NCBI GenBank assembly: GCA_964431835.1
Contig: CAYSKO010000010.1
Span: forward strand, 267-64,266
DNA: 64,000 nt
Direction: 5' to 3'
DNA from: an uncultured Planctomycetia bacterium
Lineage (GTDB): Bacteria > Omnitrophota > Gorgyraeia > 2-02-FULL-51-18
Made by a program: the position numbers and the translations under genes. The notes beneath the pieces were generated by a model that saw only the letters and a list, made by a program, of their open reading frames with translations, did no database searches and was not told the DNA's origin. Within the stretch, counting starts at the first letter, position 1; each line of letters begins with the position of its first letter. Shown one piece after another: positions 46,278 through 55,721 of the stretch.

Positions 46278-46949
46278 TTAGCCCTTGAAGATGTACCCGC
46301 GGCCGCGAACCGTCTGGATGAGCTTCTTCTTGTGTCCCCCGTCGATCTTCGTGCGGAGGTAGTTGATATACACGTCGATGACGTTCGTCGACACGTCGAA
46401 GTGGATGTCCCAGACGTGTTCTGAGATCATCGTGCGCGTGACGATCTGGTTCGCGTTCCTCATGAGGTACTCGAGGAGAGCGTACTCCTTCGCCGTCAGC
46501 GCGATCTCTTTGCCGGCCCGTTCGACCTTGTGGTTCAAGAGGTCGAGTGAGACGTCGGCGACCTGGAGCTTCGTCGAAGCTTGGCCGTCCTTTTTCTTTC
46601 GGAGCATCGCCCGGACACGCGCGAGGAGTTCCTCGAACGCGAAGGGCTTCGTCACATAGTCGTCGGCGCCCGCGTCCAGACCGGCGACCTTGGACTTCAC
46701 TTCGTCCTTGGCCGTCAGCATGAGAATCGGCGTGCTCACCTTCTGGTCCCGGAGCTTCTTGCACAGCGTCATGCCGTCCAGCTTCGGGATCATGAGGTCG
46801 AGCAGGATCGCGTCGTACTCGTTCGTCGTGGCCATAAAATGGCCATCTTCGCCGTCGAGAGACACGTCGACCGCATACCCTTCTTCTTTCAGACCGCGCT
46901 TGATGAAGCTAGCTATCTTCTCCTCGTCTTCGATTACGAGTATTCGCAT
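46278..46949 (-). CDS. OmpR-family response regulator (CusR/CzcR-like)
   Basis: VIEDE, LLDLMIP, LTA, KPF, winged helix ending IQTVRGRGY; start reset to ATG at 46949 with GGAGG SD. Confidence 0.96.
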   Translation of the reverse strand: MRILVIEDEEKIASFIKRGLKEEGYAVDVSLDGEDGHFMATTNEYDAILLDLMIPKLDGMTLCKKLRDQKVSTPILMLTAKDEVKSKVAGLDAGADDYVTKPFAFEELLARVRAMLRKKKDGQASTKLQVADVSLDLLNHKVERAGKEIALTAKEYALLEYLMRNANQIVTRTMISEHVWDIHFDVSTNVIDVYINYLRTKIDGGHKKKLIQTVRGRGYIFKG

Positions 46950-46962
46950 TGTCAGCCTCCTT

Positions 46963-47424
46963 TTATCGGTTGAGATACAGGATGATTTGAAGGACAGCGT
47001 TCCCCATAATTCCGGCCGCCACGTCGTCGGCCATGATGCCGTAGGCACCCTCCATCCGGTCTAGTCGACCAACCGGCCAGGGCTTAAAAATATCGAGAAT
47101 TCGGAAGAGAAGGAAAGCGCCAGCGAACCAGAGAAGCTCGCGCGGAACGAACAAAAGCGTCAGAGACATGCCCGCGGCCTCATCGAGCACGAAGCGTTGG
47201 GGATCTTTCGATCCGAAAGCGCGCCGCGCGGGAGCGCAGAGTGCGAAACCTAAAAGGGTCGTAACCGCCGCGAAGACCGGGAGCGCCTGGGGCCAGAACC
47301 ACGCCACGAAGAGGGGCGGTAGGCTGCCGAACGTTCCGGGCATGAACGGCGCGTAACCCAGGTAGAAGAAGGACGCCAGGCAGCGAACCGCCCCGCCTGT
47401 GCGCGGACGGCCGTGTTCGTTCAC
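46963..47424 (-). CDS. pgpA: Phosphatidylglycerophosphatase A
   Basis: PFMPGTFGSL, KDP...VLDEAAG, FRILDIFKPWP, GIMADDVAAG; start approximate (GTG at 47424). Confidence 0.92.
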   Translation of the reverse strand: MNEHGRPRTGGAVRCLASFFYLGYAPFMPGTFGSLPPLFVAWFWPQALPVFAAVTTLLGFALCAPARRAFGSKDPQRFVLDEAAGMSLTLLFVPRELLWFAGAFLLFRILDIFKPWPVGRLDRMEGAYGIMADDVAAGIMGNAVLQIILYLNR

Positions 47425-47984
47425 CGCGGGGCCGGTGCGCGGCGGACGGCCGCCAGGTACTGGACGCCGCTCCAGACCGTGTAGGCGACGACCAGAAGCA
47501 TCCCGTAATGAATGAACTGCCGCGCAGGGCTTTCCCATGCGGGTTTCCAGGATGCCGTTTCACGCACGGCGATGATCGTGACCGCCGCGACAATGTAGAA
47601 GAGCTGGAAAGCCGTTTTTTTCTTGCCGCTCGAATGCGCAGCCTGTTTATCGCCGGATTTCATGAAAAGACGCGTGATGGTGAGAAGGACGTCCCTGCCC
47701 GCCACCACGAGGACCGTCCAAAGCGGCAGGAAGCCGAGCGCCACGAACGACCCGAAAGCGGAAAGGGTCAGTAGTTTATCGGCGATTGGGTCCATCAGCT
47801 GTCCGAACGGCGTGATCTGGCCCGTGCTGCGCGCGATCTTTCCGTCCAGGTAGTCCGTCGCGGATGCCGTCAGGAACACCGCGAGGGCGACGAATTTAAG
47901 AGTTGCGTCGGCCTCGAGGAACAGTACGAGGAACACACCGGCCAGCACGATTCGGACGCAAGTGAGCACATTGGGAACGTTCAT
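47421..47984 (-). CDS. pgsA: CDP-diacylglycerol--glycerol-3-phosphate 3-phosphatidyltransferase
   Basis: NVPNVLT, TDYLDGKIAR, GQLMDPIADK; rimO-pgsA-pgpA context. Confidence 0.9.
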   Translation of the reverse strand: MNVPNVLTCVRIVLAGVFLVLFLEADATLKFVALAVFLTASATDYLDGKIARSTGQITPFGQLMDPIADKLLTLSAFGSFVALGFLPLWTVLVVAGRDVLLTITRLFMKSGDKQAAHSSGKKKTAFQLFYIVAAVTIIAVRETASWKPAWESPARQFIHYGMLLVVAYTVWSGVQYLAAVRRAPAPR

Positions 47985-48030
47985 GAGATGCCCTCGAGGA
48001 CGCTTCGCCCGGAACCGCCGGGCGCGGGCG

Positions 48031-49365
48031 CTACTTCGGGACTGCGACTAGGTCGTATTCGAGCGCGTCGATAACGCGCACGTCCACGAACTGGCCCGGA
48101 GAGAGTTTTTTGGTGGAACGGACCACGACTTGGCCGTCGACGTCCGGCGCGTCCGCGTGACGACGGCCGTAATAGACGCCGGGCTCTTTCGCTGGTTCGT
48201 CGATCAAGACGCGTGCTTCGCTCCCGACGAGCGCGTCGTTCTGCTCGATCGAGATCTCGCGCTGGAGCGCCATGACGGCGTTAAAGCGCTCGCGCTTCAC
48301 GTCGTCTGAAATTTTTCCTTCCATCCCAAATGAGCGGGAGCCTTCCTCATCCGAATACAAGAACGCTCCGAGACGTTCAAAACGGACGTCACGCACGAAA
48401 TTCATGAGATCTTCGAATTCCTCGTCCGTCTCACCCGGAAAACCGACGATCACGGTTGTCCGAATCGCGACGGCGGGCATCCGTTTGCGGAGCGTATCGA
48501 TGCCCCAAAGCATTTTCGCGCGCGTCACGCCGCGGTTCATGCGCACGAGCATCGCGTCGTGGCTGTGCTCGATAGGAAAGTCGACGTACTTGCAGATCCG
48601 CGGATTCGCGGCGATCGCTTCGATCATTTCCTCGGTCACGTGGCCGGGGTGGGCGTACAGGAGCCGGATCCACGGCACGAGACCCTGTTTCTCGACGGCG
48701 TTCAAGAGCTCCGCCAGGGTAAAGCGCCTCTCGCGGTCGATACCGAATGCCGCGGTGTCCTGGCCAATCAAATTGATCTCTGAGATCTTCCTCTCGGAGG
48801 TGATTTTCGCGATCTCGGCGAGTACGGACTCGATCGAGCGCGAACGGTGCGGCCCCTTCATCTTGGGAATCATGCAGTAAGAACAGGCGTTGATGCACCC
48901 TTCAGAAATTTTGACGTACGCGTAATGCTCGGGCGTCAGCGTCACGCGAGGGCTCATCTCATTGAGCAGGTAGCGCGGCTTCTCCTTCACCTCGTATACG
49001 CGCTGGAGCGACTTGAGCCGGATCGGCTCGAGGAGACGCGGGAGATCCTCGAAGCTGTCAGTGCCGATGATAGCGTCGGCTTCGGGGATTTCCTTCCGGA
49101 GCTCCTCGCCGTGCCGCTGGGCAAGACAGCCGAGCACCACGACCGCGGAGAGTTTTCCTTTTTTCTTCAGTTCGCAGAGGCGCAGGATCGTTTCGATTGA
49201 TTCGGCCTTCGCCTCTTCGATGAATCCACAGGTATTCACGACGGCGACGTCGGCTTTCTTCACGTCGCGCACGATGTCGTAACCCTCTTTTTTGAGGGAG
49301 CCCAGCGCGACCTCCGAATCAACGAGCGTACGCGCGCAGCCCAAACTAACGAGACTGACTTTCAT
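48031..49365 (-). CDS. rimO: Ribosomal protein S12 methylthiotransferase
   Basis: SLGC, NTCGFI, CINACSYC radical-SAM motif, C-terminal TRAM domain with APDVDG. Confidence 0.96.
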   Translation of the reverse strand: MKVSLVSLGCARTLVDSEVALGSLKKEGYDIVRDVKKADVAVVNTCGFIEEAKAESIETILRLCELKKKGKLSAVVVLGCLAQRHGEELRKEIPEADAIIGTDSFEDLPRLLEPIRLKSLQRVYEVKEKPRYLLNEMSPRVTLTPEHYAYVKISEGCINACSYCMIPKMKGPHRSRSIESVLAEIAKITSERKISEINLIGQDTAAFGIDRERRFTLAELLNAVEKQGLVPWIRLLYAHPGHVTEEMIEAIAANPRICKYVDFPIEHSHDAMLVRMNRGVTRAKMLWGIDTLRKRMPAVAIRTTVIVGFPGETDEEFEDLMNFVRDVRFERLGAFLYSDEEGSRSFGMEGKISDDVKRERFNAVMALQREISIEQNDALVGSEARVLIDEPAKEPGVYYGRRHADAPDVDGQVVVRSTKKLSPGQFVDVRVIDALEYDLVAVPK

Positions 49366-49407
49366 GTGCACCTTCCGTGGAGACGTTTTAGGAACGACGG
49401 ACGAAAA

Positions 49408-50208
49408 TTAAGAAGGAATCTTGACGCCGCGGTGCGTGACCTGGAGCTTCTTGACCACGCCCTTACCCGGGGATCCCAGATTGAAGCCGTTCAGCGAAAG
49501 AACCATGTTCGAAGAGTTTCCGGACCAGATCTCGATCGATTCGCGCGCGGTCCAAGTCTCCGCGGCACCGCGCTTCAGGATAGACTGGAACATCACACGT
49601 CCGTCGGAGGTCACCCGCATCCAGACATTGTCCACCGCCTTGATGCGGAGCTCGAGCGGCGCTTTCTTCGGGATCGAAGGGAAATTCCCTTGCTCGGGAC
49701 TTCTCAGCCAGTCCGAAGAAACTTTCTTTTCGGAATCGGCACGAGGCGGGGTCGCTTTCCGGTCTGCCTTGGCCGCTCGCGCGGATGGCTTCGGCCACTG
49801 AGGCTTCGGCATAGCCTCCCAAAGCGTCTTCACCATGATGAAGAGGACGACCGCCGCGAACACCGCGATCGCGATAGCCGCCGGAACAGCGAACCATTTC
49901 TTGGAGATCGCTGGCGCTGCGAGCCTCTCGTCGGCCGTGCGCATGAAAATGTGGTCCTGCGGGGGTTCCACGGGCTTTTTGTCGCCTCTTTCGTACGCCC
50001 GCACGAGATCGTCCGCATCGACACTCAGGAAATCCGCGTAGCTCCGGAGGAAACTTTTCGCGAAAAGCGGGCTCGGGAGCTTGTCGAACTTGTCCTCTTC
50101 AAGGAGCTGCAGCACCCGCGGGTGGATCTTGATCTTCGCGTGGATTTCCTCGAACGAGAGCGCCTGACGGTTGCGCGCCTCCTTCAAAGTCGCGCCGATG
50201 GGAGTCAT
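49408..50208 (-). CDS. rodZ: RodZ-like protein (HTH, TM helix, C-terminal DUF4115-like domain)
   Basis: IGATLKEAR...FAKSFLRSYADFL, single TM, VWMRVTSDG...LNG; ftsK-rodZ-rimO order. Confidence 0.82.
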   Translation of the reverse strand: MTPIGATLKEARNRQALSFEEIHAKIKIHPRVLQLLEEDKFDKLPSPLFAKSFLRSYADFLSVDADDLVRAYERGDKKPVEPPQDHIFMRTADERLAAPAISKKWFAVPAAIAIAVFAAVVLFIMVKTLWEAMPKPQWPKPSARAAKADRKATPPRADSEKKVSSDWLRSPEQGNFPSIPKKAPLELRIKAVDNVWMRVTSDGRVMFQSILKRGAAETWTARESIEIWSGNSSNMVLSLNGFNLGSPGKGVVKKLQVTHRGVKIPS

Positions 50209-52496
50209 GCGCCGCTTTCCTCTCGGGCGGTCTCGAGAGGGTTCTTCGCGCTCGGGCGCTCGACCAGGATATCGCGCGGTTTCGCGCCGCGGAACGGACC
50301 GACGATCCCGTCCTCTTCCATCATGTCGATGAGCCGTGCGGCACGCGTGTAACCCAGGCCGAGCCGACGCTGGAGCATCGAGGTCGAGGCTTGGCCGGTC
50401 TCAAGGACGACGCGCTTAGCCTCGTCGTACATTTCGTCTTTTTTGTCGCCGCCGAGCCCGCCGGGTTTGCCCGAGGCTTGCGCCTGGATCACGCCTTCCT
50501 GGTACACGGGCTTGCGCTGGTTCTTGATGAAAGCTGTCAGCTTTTCGATCTCGGCGTCCTGCACCCAAGCGCCCTGTGCTCGGATCAATTTGGACTTCCG
50601 GGGATCCATCAGGAGCAGGTCGCCGCGGCCGAGGAGCTTGTCCGCACCGTTCTCGTCGAGGATCGTACGCGAATCCACCTTTGAAGCGACCTGGAACGCG
50701 ATGCGCGCAGGAAAATTGGCCTTGATCACGCCCGTGATAACGTCCACCGAAGGCCGCTGGGTCGCGAGGATCATGTGGATGCCGACCGCACGCGCCAGCT
50801 GAGCTAGGCGCGTGATCGAGGCTTCGACCTCGTTCGCCGAAGTCATCATGAGATCCGCCAGCTCGTCGATGACGAGAACAATGTAGGGCATCTTGCGCAC
50901 CACCACAGGTTCATCTGCGTTGTTCGCGTCGTGCTTCAGTGTCTCCGGCGCGATCGACTTCGCGTCGACTTTCTCGTTGAACGAGACCAGGTTCTTCGCG
51001 CCGACCTTCGAGAGCAGCTTGTACCGCCGCTCCATCTCGGCGAGAAGCCACGCGAGCACCCCGGGCGCCTTCGTTTTGTCGGTCACGACCGGCGCGATCA
51101 GATGCGGCAAGTCGTTGTAGAAATGAAGCTCCACCATCTTCGGGTCGATCATCAGGAAGCGTACTTCCTCGGGGGTCGCGCGGTACAGGATGCTCGTGAT
51201 GATGCTGTTGATGCAGACCGATTTACCGGTGTTCGTCGCACCCGCGATCAGCATGTGCGGCATGTCGGCCAGATTGCAAACGATGGGCGCGCCCGCCGTG
51301 TCCTTGCCGATCACGAGCGTCACTTTGGATTTCTCGTTCATGAATTCCGGCGACGAAAGCACTTCGCGGATATAAACCGTCGAGGCCGAGCTGTTCGGGA
51401 CCTCGATACCTACCCTGGCTTTACCCGGGATCGGGGCGACGATGCGGACACTCGTGGCGCGCATGGCAAGCGCAATGTCGTTCTCGAGCGTCGTGATCTT
51501 CTGGACCTTCACACCAGCGGCCGGCTGCAGCTCATAGCGTGTGATCGTGGGACCCTGCTCGACCTCCACCACCTTCGCGTCGATCCCGAAGTCGCGCAGC
51601 GTGTCTTCGAGTACACGGGAGCTTTCCTCGAGATTTGTCTGCATTTTCGAGCGGTCGATCGGAGGCGCGTTCTGGAAAATGTCGATGGGCGGAAGTTTGT
51701 AGTCCCCGCTCGTCTCGTCGGCTTGAAGCGCGCGTTCGACCTTGGGCTCTGGCTTCGGTTCCTGTTTTGGGATCGAAATGCGGATCTGCGGTTTCGAGTC
51801 CGGTCGGATTTCCGCAGGCGGCGCTTTGGGTTCGGGCTTCGGTTCGGGTCTCTCCCCGCGTGCGAACGCCGGAAGTTTCGATTCGGGCTTCTCTTTCGGT
51901 TTCCCCGCCTCTTTCAGACGGTTCTTCTCGTCGATCATCTCGAGTCCGCCCGCGATCGCAGGCAGGAGTGCTTCCTTCATCTTGCCTGCGACCCCGGTGG
52001 CGGCCTGAAGCACGAGCAGTTCGGTCGCGAGAATGACCGAGAGAATGAAGACCGACAGGGCGACGAATATGGCTGCATTGCCGAAAACCGCCGCGGCGCC
52101 GGCCGAAAGGTAGAAACCGATGATGCCGCCCGATTGGAATCGCCGGGCCGCTACTTCGTCTCCGACGAGAGAGAAAAGAGCGCAGGCGGAAGCGAAAAAG
52201 ATGAGAGTCGAAAAAACCTTGAGCCACAGCTTCTGGCTTTTCTTGCCCGACCACTTGGCGAGCGCCCAGACCAGGAAGAGTGGGACGAGGAAGTAGGACG
52301 TCTTTCCGAAAAGGAGGATCAGGACCCAGGCCGTGTAGGCGCCGGCGATCCCAACGAAATTATGCGCCGGAGAATTCGGCGTGGAGATTTCGAACGGAAT
52401 ATCTTCGGGCGTGAAGGAAAGAAGCGACAGGAGCGTCAAGACCGAGACGACGAACCAGAAAAACGCCAGCACTTCGCTTCTTTTTTGGTCGTCCAC
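50205..52496 (-). CDS. ftsK: DNA translocase FtsK/SpoIIIE
   Basis: 4TM N-terminus, GATNTGKS, IDELAD, ATQRPSVDVITG, gamma domain GYTRAARLID. Confidence 0.98.
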   Translation of the reverse strand: MDDQKRSEVLAFFWFVVSVLTLLSLLSFTPEDIPFEISTPNSPAHNFVGIAGAYTAWVLILLFGKTSYFLVPLFLVWALAKWSGKKSQKLWLKVFSTLIFFASACALFSLVGDEVAARRFQSGGIIGFYLSAGAAAVFGNAAIFVALSVFILSVILATELLVLQAATGVAGKMKEALLPAIAGGLEMIDEKNRLKEAGKPKEKPESKLPAFARGERPEPKPEPKAPPAEIRPDSKPQIRISIPKQEPKPEPKVERALQADETSGDYKLPPIDIFQNAPPIDRSKMQTNLEESSRVLEDTLRDFGIDAKVVEVEQGPTITRYELQPAAGVKVQKITTLENDIALAMRATSVRIVAPIPGKARVGIEVPNSSASTVYIREVLSSPEFMNEKSKVTLVIGKDTAGAPIVCNLADMPHMLIAGATNTGKSVCINSIITSILYRATPEEVRFLMIDPKMVELHFYNDLPHLIAPVVTDKTKAPGVLAWLLAEMERRYKLLSKVGAKNLVSFNEKVDAKSIAPETLKHDANNADEPVVVRKMPYIVLVIDELADLMMTSANEVEASITRLAQLARAVGIHMILATQRPSVDVITGVIKANFPARIAFQVASKVDSRTILDENGADKLLGRGDLLLMDPRKSKLIRAQGAWVQDAEIEKLTAFIKNQRKPVYQEGVIQAQASGKPGGLGGDKKDEMYDEAKRVVLETGQASTSMLQRRLGLGYTRAARLIDMMEEDGIVGPFRGAKPRDILVERPSAKNPLETAREESGA

Positions 52497-52500
52497 TACC

Positions 52501-52950
52501 TTACACCCCCGTGTGTCCGAAGCCGCCTTCTGCGCGAGAGGTGTCCGAAAGCTCGCCGACCTCCTCGATCTGGGCCCGGACGACTTCCTGGATCACCATC
52601 TGCGCCATCCGAGCCCCGCGCTTGACGACGTAGGGCGTCTTGCCGAGGTTCGTGACGATCAGGGAGACGACGCCCCGGTAGTCGCTGTCGATGGTGCCGG
52701 GCGTGTTCACGAGCGTGATTCCGTGCTTGAGAGCCAACCCGCTGCGCGGACGGATCTGCGCTTCGTAGCCCTGCGGGATCGCCAGCGAAATCCCCGTAGG
52801 GATCAGCTTGATCTCGCCCGGAGAAACCGTTTGGTCTTCCCCGACGTCCGCGTAAAGGTCCATTCCCGCCGCGCCGGCCGACATATAGGCCGGCAACGGA
52901 AGGTCATGAGAACCAGGACTTCTTCTTAGGCTTATCTTGACCGTTTTCAA
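52501..52950 (-). CDS. dut: dUTP diphosphatase
   Basis: [29 protein letters not shown]; TTG start at 52950 with AGGAG SD inside the pnp 3' end. Confidence 0.95.
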   Translation of the reverse strand: MKTVKISLRRSPGSHDLPLPAYMSAGAAGMDLYADVGEDQTVSPGEIKLIPTGISLAIPQGYEAQIRPRSGLALKHGITLVNTPGTIDSDYRGVVSLIVTNLGKTPYVVKRGARMAQMVIQEVVRAQIEEVGELSDTSRAEGGFGHTGV

Positions 52951-55309
52951 CGCGCTCCTGCTGACCCTGTGTCGGTTGAGACGGGGCCGGCTGAGCCTGA
53001 GGCTGTACCTGTGCCTGAGACTGCTGAGGACGGTCGCCTTCGCTGCGAAGCTCGCGGTTTTCGCGAGGTTCACGGTGTTCGCCGCCGCCGCTGCGCGGAC
53101 GATCTCCGCGGTAGCCACCTCGGTCACTGCCGCCACGCGGACCCCGGTCACTGCCGCCGCGAGGACCCCGGTCGCTGCCGCCGCGCGGACCGCCTTCGCG
53201 GTCTCCACGGGTGCGTCCGGCCGCCGTGCCTTCGAGCACCGCGGTGCGCTTAGAAAGATTGATGCGTCCTTGCTGGTCGATTTCAATGACCTTGACCATG
53301 ACTTCGTCGCCGATTTTGACGGCCGCGTCGACGTTCTCGACGAACTCGTCCGCGATCTCGGAGACGTGGATCAGACCTTCCTTGCCGGGAAGGATTTCGC
53401 AGAAGGCGCCGAAATTCATGATGCGCTTGATGGTGCCCTTGTAGATCTTTCCCACTTCGGCCTCGGCCGTGATCCCGCGGATCATGTCGATGGCCTTCTG
53501 CGTGGCTTCGCCTTCGGCGGACGCGATCGTCACCGAACCGTCATCCTCGACGTTAATCTCGGCGCCTGAATCCGCGGAGATCTTGCGGATCATCTTGCCG
53601 CCGGGGCCGATGATTTCGCGGATCTTCTCGGGGTCGATCTTGATCGTCGTGATGCGGGGCGCGAACGAGGAAATCTCGGCACGCGGAGCACCCATGGCGG
53701 AAGTCATCTTCTCGAGGATGTGGAGACGCCCTCGCTTGGCTTGGTCGAGCGCCTTGCGGAGCGTGTCGATCTCGAGCGAGTCCTTCAGTTTGATATCGAG
53801 CTGGACGGCCGTGACGCCCTTGGCCGTGCCGGTGACCTTGAAGTCCATATCGCCGAGGTGATCTTCGACGCCCGCGATGTCCGAAAGGATCGCAACGCGC
53901 TTACCCTCTTTGATGAGACCCATCGCGATTCCCGACACGGGTTCCTTGATCGGAACGCCTGCGTCCATCAGCGCGAGCGAGCCCGAGCAGACGCTCGCCA
54001 TGCTCGACGAACCGTTCGACTCGAGGATCTCCGAGACGAGGCGGATCGTGTAGGGGAAAGAATCCTTCGACGGGATGACCGGCTTCAGGCCGCGCTCTGC
54101 GAGCGCGCCGTGGCCGATTTCACGGCGTCCCGGACCGCGGTTCGGCTTGATTTCGCCTACCGAGAATGCGGGGAAATTGTAATGGAGCATGAACGGCTTC
54201 GAGACGTCGCCTTCGATGGTCTCGATCATCTGCTCGTCGCGCGGCGTGCCGAGCGTGGCGACGCCGAGGGACTGCGTCTGACCGCGCGTGAAAAGCGCCG
54301 AACCGTGAACGCGCGGGAGCACGCCCACTTCGCAGGTGATCTGCCGGATTTCGTCGGATTTACGGCCGTCGGTGCGGAGACCCTGGAGGATGAACTCGCG
54401 GACGCTCTCCTTCTCGACGTCGTGGTAAGCGGTCTTCACCTGTGGGAGCGTGTAAGCGCCGCCTTCCACCATAAGCTGCTCCTGAACCTTTTTCGAAATC
54501 GCGTCGAGGCGGTCGGAGCGGTCTTCCTTGCTCTTGGCCTCGTGGTTGATCTTGTCGATTTCCTTGAGCGCGATTGCGCGGACTTTGTCCATCAGGTCCT
54601 TCGCGGGAACCTGCAGCACGGGCTCGTAGCGCGGTTTGCCGATTTCCTTCTGCATCTTTTTCTGAAGCTCGAGGACGGGCTTCAGCGCTTCGCTGGCGAA
54701 TTCAAGCGCTTGGACGATGCGGTCTTCGGAAACCATGTTCGCGCCGGCCTCGATCATGATGATCCCGAGGTCGGTGGTCGCGACCACGATCTCGAGCGTC
54801 GCCTTCTCGGACTGCTTGTAAGTCGGGTTGATCACGAACTGCCCGTCGACGTCCGCGACGCGGCAGGCCGCCATGGGACCCATGTACGGCGCGCCGGAAA
54901 TGATAAGCGCCGCCGAGGCCGCGTTCATCGCGATCACGTCGGCGTTGTGCTCTTTGTCGCTGGCGAGCACGGTCGCGGTGATCTGGACTTCATGGAAGAA
55001 GCCTTCGGGGAAAAGCGGGCGGATCGGACGGTCGATGAGGCGCGAGGTCAGCGTCTCCTTCTCGCTCGCCTTGCCTTCGCGGCGGAAATAGCCGCCGGGG
55101 ATATTGCCACCGGCATAGGCTTTCTCCTGGTAATCGCAGGTCAGCGGGAAGAAATCGCCGCCTTCCTTGGCTTTGCGGGAATAGCAAGCCGCGACGATGA
55201 CGGTCGTGCCGCCGTACGAGGCGACGACGGCGCCGTCGGCCTGTTTGGCCATACGGCCCGTTTCAAAAACGATCGGCAGACCGCCGAGGGAGACTTGGTA
55301 ATTTTTCAT
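52904..55309 (-). CDS. pnp: Polyribonucleotide nucleotidyltransferase
   Basis: Two RNase PH domains ([23 protein letters not shown]), KH and S1 domains, low-complexity tail. Confidence 0.99.
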   Translation of the reverse strand: MKNYQVSLGGLPIVFETGRMAKQADGAVVASYGGTTVIVAACYSRKAKEGGDFFPLTCDYQEKAYAGGNIPGGYFRREGKASEKETLTSRLIDRPIRPLFPEGFFHEVQITATVLASDKEHNADVIAMNAASAALIISGAPYMGPMAACRVADVDGQFVINPTYKQSEKATLEIVVATTDLGIIMIEAGANMVSEDRIVQALEFASEALKPVLELQKKMQKEIGKPRYEPVLQVPAKDLMDKVRAIALKEIDKINHEAKSKEDRSDRLDAISKKVQEQLMVEGGAYTLPQVKTAYHDVEKESVREFILQGLRTDGRKSDEIRQITCEVGVLPRVHGSALFTRGQTQSLGVATLGTPRDEQMIETIEGDVSKPFMLHYNFPAFSVGEIKPNRGPGRREIGHGALAERGLKPVIPSKDSFPYTIRLVSEILESNGSSSMASVCSGSLALMDAGVPIKEPVSGIAMGLIKEGKRVAILSDIAGVEDHLGDMDFKVTGTAKGVTAVQLDIKLKDSLEIDTLRKALDQAKRGRLHILEKMTSAMGAPRAEISSFAPRITTIKIDPEKIREIIGPGGKMIRKISADSGAEINVEDDGSVTIASAEGEATQKAIDMIRGITAEAEVGKIYKGTIKRIMNFGAFCEILPGKEGLIHVSEIADEFVENVDAAVKIGDEVMVKVIEIDQQGRINLSKRTAVLEGTAAGRTRGDREGGPRGGSDRGPRGGSDRGPRGGSDRGGYRGDRPRSGGGEHREPRENRELRSEGDRPQQSQAQVQPQAQPAPSQPTQGQQERVENGQDKPKKKSWFS
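53121..53192. repeat. Three tandem 24-bp coding repeats (GPRGGSDR x3) in the PNPase tail
   Basis: cggtcactgccgccacgcggaccc / cggtcactgccgccgcgaggaccc / cggtcgctgccgccgcgcggaccg. Confidence 0.9.
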
Positions 55310-55365
55310 GAAATCTTTCTTTTGTTTTTAGCGCGTTTGTCTTAGCGCGTACGGGTGGTCTCGAT

Positions 55366-55635
55366 TTACTTACGGAGATCGAGCTGTTCGATGAGTTTGA
55401 AATACTCGGCCTGATTTTCCCTCTTCAGGTAATCAAGCAGTTTGCGGCGCTGGGAGACGAGCTTGAGGAGGCCGTGGCGTGAATGGTGGTCCTTCACGTG
55501 GGATTTGAAATGAGCCCCGAGATTGTTGATGCGCTCAGTGAGGACCGCGACTTGGACGTACGGGGAGCCCGTGTCTTTGTCGTGAATCTTGTGCTTTTCG
55601 ATAACTTCGGTCTTACGGGTTTTGGTGATCGACAT
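55366..55635 (-). CDS. rpsO: 30S ribosomal protein S15
   Basis: [26 protein letters not shown]; upstream of pnp. Confidence 0.98.
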   Translation of the reverse strand: MSITKTRKTEVIEKHKIHDKDTGSPYVQVAVLTERINNLGAHFKSHVKDHHSRHGLLKLVSQRRKLLDYLKRENQAEYFKLIEQLDLRK

Positions 55636-55675
55636 AACCTAACTCATTCTCCTTGATTGTTTTTTATTGTGCTTA

Positions 55676-55704
55676 ATTATACTTGTTTGGCTTTCTTTTG
55701 TAAA
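55676..55704 (-). promoter_or_regulatory. sigma70-type promoter of rpsO-pnp
   Basis: TTTACA-N17-TATAAT. Confidence 0.8.
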
Positions 55705-55721
55705 GCCGAAATATTAGAGTG

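Noticed and set aside
44790-46949. Naming the two-component system cusRS/czcRS
   Set aside because: Resemblance is generic; no metal efflux genes nearby and no clear His/Met-rich sensor site, so no symbol assigned.
53121-53192. 24-bp repeats as CRISPR or VNTR element
   Set aside because: No spacers, in-frame coding repeats inside pnp, no cas genes.
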